This document shows positions 57,138 through 64,000 of a DNA stretch of 64,000 nt, piece after piece (the stretch's first letter is position 1; each line of letters begins with the position of its first letter). Origin of the DNA: an uncultured Candidatus Saccharibacteria bacterium (GTDB taxonomy: Bacteria > Patescibacteriota > Minisyncoccia > Phycocordibacterales > UBA9973); the NCBI GenBank assembly GCA_964571085.1, contig CAZMZT010000002.1, positions 2,784-66,783 on the forward strand, written 5' to 3'. The position numbers were made by a program, and so were the translations under genes. The notes below the pieces were generated by a model. The model searched no databases. It was given only the letters and a program-made list of their open reading frames with translations, and was not told where the DNA came from.

Positions 57138-58205
57138 ATGGAGCAAACTCCACAAACTACCAAGATATCAATATCCACAGGAACAATAATCCGCGTCATA
57201 CTCCTAGGGGTGGTGTTCTTTGCGCTTGTTAAACTCACAAGCATCATACTCATCATACTTACATCTATAGTCATAGCTTCCTTTATAGAAGGAGCTGTCA
57301 AAAGGATGAAGCCATATATAAAGAACCGCACGCTTTCTGTTTTCCTAATATATCTAACATCTATAGCTGCTATCTTCGGTCTATCTTATGTTTTTATTCC
57401 TGTGTTTATAGGCGAAATGTCTACATTGGTAGCACAACTTGGTAAGTACATACCAGACGGAAGCTTACTGAACACATTCCAAAAAGACACTATACTAGGA
57501 GCTAAGGGAGTGATATCGACAATCTCACAGAATGGCACACTTCCTGATGTTATAGATAGCACTAAGGATTTTGCAACAACTCTATCAGGAGGATTCTTCA
57601 ATATCTTTGGTCAGGCATTTGGTGGGGCTCTCAACCTGATCCTTATTATGGTGGTGTCGTTCTATCTATCAGTAACCGAGCGTGGGATAGAAAGCTTCCT
57701 TCGTATTGTCACTCCATCGACTCATGAAGAATATGTCATAAGCCTATGGCAGAGGACTGAGCGCAAGATAGGGCTATGGATGCAGGGCCAGATGCTCATG
57801 GGTGTGATCATAGGTATGCTTACATATCTCGGCCTTACTATCATAGGGGTCAAGTATTCTCTTGTCCTGGCTTTGCTTGTGGTTGTCGCAGAGCTCATAC
57901 CTTTCGGACTTATACTCGCTGCTGTACCTGGAGTTATATTTGCTTATATTGATGGTGGGGTTACTCTATCTGCTATGACACTTGCTCTTTACTTCATACT
58001 CGGACAGTTTGAGACTTACTTGATATATCCTTTGATAGTTAAGAAGGCGACAGGAGTGTCACCGCTTGTAGTGATCATATCGCTCCTGGTTGGAGCCGAG
58101 CTAGCTGGATTGTGGGGTGTTATACTAGCTATTCCGTCTGCAGTTTGCTTGCTTGAATTCCTCGATGACTTAGAAAAGAAAAAGATTCTAGCAAAAGCAA
58201 TTTAA
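57138..58205 (+). CDS. AI-2E/PerM (UPF0118) family membrane transporter
   Basis: 355 aa with ~8 TM helices. The family pattern is ...LIPFGLILAAVPG.... Confidence 0.65.
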   Translation: MEQTPQTTKISISTGTIIRVILLGVVFFALVKLTSIILIILTSIVIASFIEGAVKRMKPYIKNRTLSVFLIYLTSIAAIFGLSYVFIPVFIGEMSTLVAQLGKYIPDGSLLNTFQKDTILGAKGVISTISQNGTLPDVIDSTKDFATTLSGGFFNIFGQAFGGALNLILIMVVSFYLSVTERGIESFLRIVTPSTHEEYVISLWQRTERKIGLWMQGQMLMGVIIGMLTYLGLTIIGVKYSLVLALLVVVAELIPFGLILAAVPGVIFAYIDGGVTLSAMTLALYFILGQFETYLIYPLIVKKATGVSPLVVIISLLVGAELAGLWGVILAIPSAVCLLEFLDDLEKKKILAKAI

Positions 58206-58206
58206 T

Positions 58207-59652
58207 ATGCCTAAACCGTTCTACATTACAACTACGCTTCCTTATGTAAATGCACCACTACACATGGGGCATGCGCTAGAGTTTGTTCGTGCTGACACTA
58301 TTGCCCGCTACAAGAAGCTTGTGGGCTATGATGTATTCTTCAATACTGGTACTGATGAGCACGGTATAAAGATATACGAAAAGGCACAAGAGCAAGGCCT
58401 GGATGTGCAGTCATTTGTTGATCAAGGATTTGCAACATTTAAAGATAGTTTGTCTATGTTTGGAATAGATACAAGTATTTTGCACTATATTCGAACTACA
58501 GATAAGAATCATGAAAAATCCGCACAAGAATTTTGGAAGAAGGTTCGAGACAATGGATATATTTATAAAAAACTTTATCAGGCAAAGTACTGCGTAGGGT
58601 GCGAGAGTGAAAAGACAGATTCAGAACTCAATGATAAAGGCGAGTGCCCAGACCACCCTGGGATACCTCTTAAACTTATCGAAGAAGAGAATTACTTCTT
58701 CAAGTATAGTGATTTTGGAGAAAAGCTGCTCGACTTCTATGAAAAGAATCCGACATTCGTGATCCCTGAATTTAGATTCAATGAGATGAAAGCCTTTGTA
58801 TCTCGTGGGTTGCAAGACTTTTCTATATCACGACTAAAAACCAAAATGCCGTGGGGGATAGAAGTGCCAGGGGACCCTGACCATGTCATGTATGTATGGT
58901 TTGATGCATTGACCAACTATATAAACACCCTCGGCTGGCCAGATGAAAGTGGGGATTTTGAGAAGTATTGGGTGAACGGTACGCCGACACAATACTGTGG
59001 CAAGGACAACACTCGGTTCCAGAGTGCTATGTGGCAAGCAATGCTTATGGCAGGAGGGGTACCAAACTCACACCAGATAGTAGTAAATGGTTTTATAACC
59101 GGTGATGGAGGAGTAAAAATGTCCAAAACTCTAGGTAACGTAGTAGACCCTCGCGATATTGTAAACGAGTATGGTACAGATGCACTCCGATACTTCTTGC
59201 TTCGAGAGGTGTCTTCGTTTGAAGATTCTCCGTTTACGATTGAAAGATTTAAAGATTCTTACAACTCAGGCCTTGCGAATGGGATAGGGAATCTTTCAAG
59301 TCGGATATTAACACTTTCTGAAAAGTATTTAGATAAATGTCCTGAAATCCCAGAAATGTCTATTCCACAAGAGTTCTTTGATATACTAGAAACTTTTGAT
59401 ATTAAAAAAGCAACAGATTATGTTTGGTCAGAGATTGAGAAACTTGATAAGTTTATACAAGAAACTGAACCATTTAAGGTTGTAAAGATTGATGAGGTAA
59501 AGGGGAAGGAGCTTATAACACAAATGGTGTTGAGGCTATATACTATTGCTCGTATGTTAAATCCTGTAATACCTGAAACTAATATAAAATTAAAATCACT
59601 TATAAAAGCAAATAAAAAGCCTGAAGCTCCATTGTTTGCAAGAAAAGACTAA
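58207..59652 (+). CDS. metG: Methionine--tRNA ligase (minimal form)
   Basis: PYVNAPLHMGHALE is the HIGH region. KMSKTLGNVV is the KMSKS motif. Confidence 0.9.
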   Translation: MPKPFYITTTLPYVNAPLHMGHALEFVRADTIARYKKLVGYDVFFNTGTDEHGIKIYEKAQEQGLDVQSFVDQGFATFKDSLSMFGIDTSILHYIRTTDKNHEKSAQEFWKKVRDNGYIYKKLYQAKYCVGCESEKTDSELNDKGECPDHPGIPLKLIEEENYFFKYSDFGEKLLDFYEKNPTFVIPEFRFNEMKAFVSRGLQDFSISRLKTKMPWGIEVPGDPDHVMYVWFDALTNYINTLGWPDESGDFEKYWVNGTPTQYCGKDNTRFQSAMWQAMLMAGGVPNSHQIVVNGFITGDGGVKMSKTLGNVVDPRDIVNEYGTDALRYFLLREVSSFEDSPFTIERFKDSYNSGLANGIGNLSSRILTLSEKYLDKCPEIPEMSIPQEFFDILETFDIKKATDYVWSEIEKLDKFIQETEPFKVVKIDEVKGKELITQMVLRLYTIARMLNPVIPETNIKLKSLIKANKKPEAPLFARKD

Positions 59653-60491
59653 TGCCAAAATATATCGATATACATTCTCATGTAAATTTCAAAGCATTCG
59701 ATGAAGATCGTGATGAGGTTATTAAAAGTGCCCTGGAGAACGATACTTGGGTTATCAATGTAGGCACACAAATCGATACCTCAAAGAAAGCAGTAGAAAT
59801 GGCAAACCAATATAAGGAAGGAGTGTACGCTATCATCGGCCTCCATCCGATACATACAGGTGCTTCGTACCACGACGAGAAGGAGCTTGGAGAAGGTGGC
59901 AAAGAGTTTACATCTCGTGGAGAGAACTTTGATAAAGATGCATACCGAGAACTTCTAAAAGACCCAAAAGTTGTCGGCATAGGGGAGTGTGGGCTTGATT
60001 ACTTTAGGCTCACAGAGGAATCTGTAGAGAAGCAAAAGAATGACTTCATAGCGCAGATAGAGCTTGCCAATGAGTTTAACAAACCTTTGATGCTCCATAT
60101 ACGCAACAACCCTGAGGACAAGTCTCACAATGCATATGCTGACGCTATTGAGATACTGAAAGCTTGCTCAAAGGTAAAAGGAGACGTGCATTTCTTTGCA
60201 GGAAGTGTTGAGGATGCCAAGGCATTTGTAGACTTCGGTTTTACTCTCTCATTTACAGGAGTTATCACTTTCGCTAGTAGTTATGATGAAGTTATAAAAG
60301 CCACACCACTTGATATGATAATGTCCGAGACTGATTCACCATACGTGACCCCAGCTCCTCATAGAGGCAAGCGCAACGAACCTGTCTATGTGTCTGAAGT
60401 AGTCAAAAAAATAGCTGAAATCAAGGGTTTACCAGAGGTAGAGGTAGCTCAAGCAATCTTAGCTAACGCCAAGCGAGTTTTTGACATGTAG
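59652..60491 (+). CDS. tatD: TatD-family metal-dependent hydrolase (DNase)
   Basis: IDIHSHVNF and GECGLDY motifs. Confidence 0.85.
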   Translation: MPKYIDIHSHVNFKAFDEDRDEVIKSALENDTWVINVGTQIDTSKKAVEMANQYKEGVYAIIGLHPIHTGASYHDEKELGEGGKEFTSRGENFDKDAYRELLKDPKVVGIGECGLDYFRLTEESVEKQKNDFIAQIELANEFNKPLMLHIRNNPEDKSHNAYADAIEILKACSKVKGDVHFFAGSVEDAKAFVDFGFTLSFTGVITFASSYDEVIKATPLDMIMSETDSPYVTPAPHRGKRNEPVYVSEVVKKIAEIKGLPEVEVAQAILANAKRVFDM

Positions 60492-60611
60492 GCTTATTTC
60501 TGCTAATATAACTCCACGTCTTACTTGTCCCGGCACTGAATCCGGTACACACAGGTCCATAGTAAAACGGTATTAAAAGTAACAATTATCGCGTTTTACG
60601 CGACTTAAACA

Positions 60612-61100
60612 ATGGCAAAAGAGAATATAGAGGTAGAAGGCGATGCTAAAGAAGCAAAGCAAAGTGTTTATGAGGTTGGCTACATAATGGTGCCAACAAT
60701 AGCAGAGGAGAACCTAGGTGGGGAAGTCACAGCATTCAAGGATGCATTGGGAGAGCAGGGAGTGTCTTTTATCTCTGATGAATACCCAAAGATGATGGAA
60801 CTAGCGTATGAGATGTCACGCTCCATTCAAAACAAGAAGCAGAAGTTCTCTTATGGATACTTCGGTTGGGTTAAATTTGAGTGTACAACAGCTCAAGCAA
60901 AAGTTATCAAAGAATGGCTCGACAAGAACGAGACACTTGTCCGTTATCTTATGATCAAGACAGTTCGTGAGAGCACTATGTCTAGTAAGCGTCCATACGG
61001 CAAGACTGATGGAGCAAAGCGCCGAACTAGAAGTGTAGAGGAAACAGGCCCAATCAATGAGGAAACTATTGATAAAGAAATAGATGCACTTGTAGTATAA
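60612..61100 (+). CDS. rpsF: 30S ribosomal protein S6 (with C-terminal extension)
   Basis: The S6-like core is YEVGYIMVP...LAYEM...GYFGWVKFE.... It heads the operon rpsF-ssb-rpsR. Confidence 0.65.
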   Translation: MAKENIEVEGDAKEAKQSVYEVGYIMVPTIAEENLGGEVTAFKDALGEQGVSFISDEYPKMMELAYEMSRSIQNKKQKFSYGYFGWVKFECTTAQAKVIKEWLDKNETLVRYLMIKTVRESTMSSKRPYGKTDGAKRRTRSVEETGPINEETIDKEIDALVV

Positions 61101-61135
61101 TAGTGGTATTAGTAATATAACTAACTATTAAACAT

Positions 61136-61582
61136 ATGTATCTAAACAAAGCATTAATTATAGGGAACCTTACTCGCGACCCAGAGCTCAAGGCTATCCC
61201 GTCTGGGATCAAGGTTTGCAGTTTCTCTGTCGCTACCAATCGCGTCTGGAAAGACAAGAATGGTGCCAAGCAAGAAGCCGCTGACTACCACAATGTTGTA
61301 GTATTTGGTCGCCAAGCAGAGACAGTTGCTCAGTATATGAAGAAGGGTTCTCAGGTCATGGTAGAGGGTCGTATGCAGACACGAAGTTGGGATGATGCAG
61401 GAACTGGTACCAAGAAGTACCGTACTGAGATAATCGCTGACCGAGTACAGTTCGGAGGTGGAGCACCATCTGGCGGATCAAAATCATCACCTGCAGGTAC
61501 AGCTCCAAAGGAAGAAGATGATTCACTCGACACTATCGAGTACCCAGATGAGCAGATCAATGCCGAAGACATCCCGTTTTAA
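61136..61582 (+). CDS. ssb: Single-stranded DNA-binding protein
   Basis: The OB fold is ...LIIGNLTRDPEL...VATNRVWKDKNG.... There is a Gly-rich linker and an acidic tail ending in DIPF. Confidence 0.9.
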   Translation: MYLNKALIIGNLTRDPELKAIPSGIKVCSFSVATNRVWKDKNGAKQEAADYHNVVVFGRQAETVAQYMKKGSQVMVEGRMQTRSWDDAGTGTKKYRTEIIADRVQFGGGAPSGGSKSSPAGTAPKEEDDSLDTIEYPDEQINAEDIPF

Positions 61583-61607
61583 AATTATTAATTAGAAATT
61601 ATCAAAC

Positions 61608-61808
61608 ATGAAACAAGATTACTTTTCATCAAACAACATAAAGCATATCGACTACAAGGATGTAGAACTTCTACGAAGGTTCCTATCCCCAAGTGCTCGA
61701 ATGCTGGCTCGACGCCGTACAGACGTTACAGCCAAGAACCAGCGCAAGCTAGCAGAAGCTATCAAACGCGCTCGATTCATGGGACTACTACCATATATAG
61801 CTAAATAA
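61608..61808 (+). CDS. rpsR: 30S ribosomal protein S18
   Basis: ...[14 protein letters not shown]...[22 protein letters not shown] is the S18 signature. Confidence 0.9.
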   Translation: MKQDYFSSNNIKHIDYKDVELLRRFLSPSARMLARRRTDVTAKNQRKLAEAIKRARFMGLLPYIAK

Positions 61809-61816
61809 CAATAATA

Positions 61817-61850
61817 AAAATACCCTTCGATTAGTTGGGTATTTTTATTT
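61817..61850 (+). terminator. Rho-independent terminator (AAAATACCC...GGGTATTTT followed by T-run)
   Basis: Hairpin plus U-tract immediately after rpsR. Confidence 0.6.
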
Positions 61851-61876
61851 TAAAATTAAAGCTGTATAATAAGCAT

Positions 61877-62386
61877 ATGTATAAAAAAGGCTTTACCTTG
61901 TTAGAATTACTCATTGTCGTTTCTATTATAGGCATTTTGGCTGCCTTGATTTTGGCAAGTATCAATAATTCTAGAGGTAGAGCAAGAGATACAGCCATAA
62001 AACAGTCAGTCCTTGAAATGAAGAAGTTGCTAGAACTAGAGTTCCTTAATTCTGGGACTTATACCAATTTATTTACTGCAGTTACATGGCTACCATTTTA
62101 CGGGACCTGTAGCACTCAATTTTCTGGTAATTATGCAACAAATGCAAGGTCAATCTGTAATGACATAATAAGGAATTCTGAAGCTAATTCATGGGCTGAT
62201 GTTAGATTAAACATAAATTCAGGCCCTGTAACAAACTCTTATTCTATAGAAGCTTGGCTCCCAAATAAACAAGTTTACTTATGTGCTGGTAGTAACGGTC
62301 AGACTTCTGAGTCAACTACCGCATCCCAAGCTCAAGGAGGTTTCACTAACATGGCACCTGGTTGCCACACTCAAAATCCTTGGTAA
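61877..62386 (+). CDS. Type IV pilin-like protein (prepilin N-terminal cleavage/methylation domain)
   Basis: The N-terminus MYKKGFTLLELLIVVSIIGILAA is a class III signal peptide. A C-terminal Cys pair is present. Confidence 0.75.
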   Translation: MYKKGFTLLELLIVVSIIGILAALILASINNSRGRARDTAIKQSVLEMKKLLELEFLNSGTYTNLFTAVTWLPFYGTCSTQFSGNYATNARSICNDIIRNSEANSWADVRLNINSGPVTNSYSIEAWLPNKQVYLCAGSNGQTSESTTASQAQGGFTNMAPGCHTQNPW

Positions 62387-62402
62387 AGTTTACCAAGGAT
62401 TT

Positions 62403-63110
62403 TTATTTTAGGTTTAGTGATTTTAATAGTTCGTCGAGTTCTTTGCCTTTTATTTCTTCAAATGCCCCTAATGGGATTTTATTGAGCTCGATGTTCATTA
62501 TGCGGATACGTTTGAGGTCTACTACGTTGTGGTGAAGGGCCTCTGACATCCGACGGATCTGACGCTTCTTGCCTTCTGTGAGGATGATGTGGAATACATT
62601 GCTACTCTTTCTCCAGACTTTACATTTCTTACTGATGAAGCCATCAAACTTCACACCCGCACCCATCTTGGTAACAAATGCATCATTGAATGCTGGATCA
62701 ACTTTGACCACGTATTCCTTCTCATGGACGTATTTGGGGGATAGGAGACGGTCTGTTACACGACCGTCGTTGGTCATGAGTATGAGTCCATGTGAGTCTT
62801 TGTCGAGTCGACCGACAGGGAACACTCGCACAGGGAACTTTGTCGTCTGAAGGATATCTTTGCTTCCAGGGTCAGGGTTTGTCGATACCCCAGTTGCTTT
62901 ATTGTAAGCATAGTATACGTAGTTGTCTTTTGGAGCCTTCTTACTTACTTCTACTTTGTCTCCCTCTTGTACTTGGTCGCCTAGAACAGCCTTACGACCG
63001 TTTATAGTGACGAAGCCTTTTTTTATAAGTTCATCTGCTCCAGTACGGGTGGCGTAGTTGTGCAGTGCGAGGTATCTATTTATTCGTATTGGGTATAAGT
63101 TCTGGTCCAT
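62403..63110 (-). CDS. Pseudouridine synthase, RsuA/RluB family (S4 domain + catalytic domain)
   Basis: ...FPVGRLDKDSHGLILMTNDG... is the catalytic Asp motif. The N-terminus has an S4 RNA-binding domain. Confidence 0.85.
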   Translation of the reverse strand: MDQNLYPIRINRYLALHNYATRTGADELIKKGFVTINGRKAVLGDQVQEGDKVEVSKKAPKDNYVYYAYNKATGVSTNPDPGSKDILQTTKFPVRVFPVGRLDKDSHGLILMTNDGRVTDRLLSPKYVHEKEYVVKVDPAFNDAFVTKMGAGVKFDGFISKKCKVWRKSSNVFHIILTEGKKRQIRRMSEALHHNVVDLKRIRIMNIELNKIPLGAFEEIKGKELDELLKSLNLK

Positions 63111-64000
63111 GAGAGTGTTTAAGTTTGGTTACATAATAAAGTCCGGCGAGCACAAATATTGCAAGTATAGTAAATAAGCTTTTAAACGGAAGGAATATAA
63201 ATACAAGCGACCCAAGTAGTGGAGCTACCATGTATGCTACTGGGGTCATGTCACGAAATACTCCGAGTAGGTAGGCATCTTCTTCTCGGACATGAGTAAA
63301 GAAGTATATTTCTGAAGTTGCTTCAACGATACTTGCTCCTACGCGAGTAGTAAATAGCACTAGTGCCCAGAGGGCAACACTTGTGGTGCTAATATAAGCA
63401 ATAGAGAGGGTAGATATACTCATGATGACGAATCCTATTGCAAGCAAGGTACGCTTCTTTACGTGGTATTTATCTATAAGTATACCTACCGGTAAGCCAA
63501 ATATCACAAACGGCGCAAGCATGATAGTAAATACGACTCCTATCTGGTCCCATGTGAATCCTAAATGCTCTATGAGGTATATAGGCGTGTATACAACCAT
63601 CCATACAAAGAAGAACTGGAGTATGAAGTTGATAAGTGTTATTGCAAGCATGTGCTTGTTAGTTTTCAGATATCTATAAGTCTCTAAGAATGGCGTCTTT
63701 CTATATGATTTATCCCTAAACTTTCTTACAGACAACGATAGCCCTATAGTTGTGAGTGCGGTCACAAAGAATGCAATTGCATATATCGCTAGGTACCCAT
63801 CACCACTTCCTATGAGTAGGGCTGTGATAAGAGGTGACACCATCCATGCAAGGCTGATGATGGTTAAGTATAGACCCCTAGTTTTACCTATTGTCTTTGG
63901 ATCACCAAAATGTTCTATAAAAATGTCTATAGAGAATAATGTCAGTACGTTTGTTGTTATAAATGAAATGAAAGAAACAGCTATAACTCTAGGGTCGACA
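63076..64000 (-). CDS. MFS-family transporter (N-terminus beyond window end)
   Basis: The reverse-strand ORF stays open to position 64000. It has multiple TM helices. Confidence 0.55.
   Translation of the reverse strand, partial: VDPRVIAVSFISFITTNVLTLFSIDIFIEHFGDPKTIGKTRGLYLTIISLAWMVSPLITALLIGSGDGYLAIYAIAFFVTALTTIGLSLSVRKFRDKSYRKTPFLETYRYLKTNKHMLAITLINFILQFFFVWMVVYTPIYLIEHLGFTWDQIGVVFTIMLAPFVIFGLPVGILIDKYHVKKRTLLAIGFVIMSISTLSIAYISTTSVALWALVLFTTRVGASIVEATSEIYFFTHVREEDAYLLGVFRDMTPVAYMVAPLLGSLVFIFLPFKSLFTILAIFVLAGLYYVTKLKHSHGPELIPNTNK

Noticed and set aside
1-64000. CRISPR arrays or cas genes
   Set aside because: No regularly spaced short direct repeats and no Cas-like proteins were seen. The only multi-copy repeats are the three ~50-bp island-end repeats, which sit kilobases apart.

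Overview
This window looks like a low-GC, gene-dense bacterial chromosome. The core gene set resembles a Patescibacteria/CPR-type genome: many aminoacyl-tRNA synthetases, a thymidylate/pyrimidine salvage cluster, several Nudix hydrolases, a type IV pilin, and an rpsF-ssb-rpsR operon. About 21 kb of mosaic accessory DNA interrupts this core. A tRNA-Gln (1821..1894) marks the left edge of what appears to be a tandem array of three integrated elements. Each element ends in a conserved ~50-bp repeat, at 16989..17050, 22611..22660 and 23442..23491. The first of these also repeats a 12-bp core, ACTTGAGCTAGC, that sits immediately after the tRNA.

Element 1 (about 1.9-17.05 kb) is AT-richer than the core. 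It carries:
- a C-protein-like HTH regulator, followed by a PLD-nuclease/SNF2-helicase fusion (1097 aa) and an Eco57I-like gamma-class N6-adenine methyltransferase with a long C-terminal target-recognition-like tail (1090 aa);
- a minus-strand module of ParB-methyltransferase, small terminase-like protein, large terminase and large serine recombinase, with no capsid or portal genes;
- a LexA/CI-like repressor paired with a divergent DNA-binding protein;
- a three-gene module: DUF1863/TIR-like protein, then a 2-TM protein with a Macro-like domain, then a second DUF1863/TIR-like protein. This resembles a type II Thoeris system.

Element 2 (17.05-22.66 kb) is a copper-resistance islet. It has a CsoR gene with a perfect 31-bp operator palindrome over its promoter, a DUF305 protein, copA, an HMA-domain permease, a cupredoxin-like protein and a 5'-truncated recombinase paralog. 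Element 3 is a remnant with a single ORF.

The core region (23.5-64 kb) contains:
- DNA precursor metabolism and pyrimidine salvage: thyA, folA, glyA, dut, tmk, dCMP deaminase and a MazG-like protein;
- translation and DNA maintenance: argS, glyQS, metG, recO, tatD and an ABC-F ATPase;
- proteases: htrA, a CPBP protease and an M16 peptidase;
- ileS, which is preceded by an Ile-specific T-box leader and contains an inserted histidine-phosphatase (PGAM-like) domain.

All calls rest on motif-level reading of the translations. No database search was possible.
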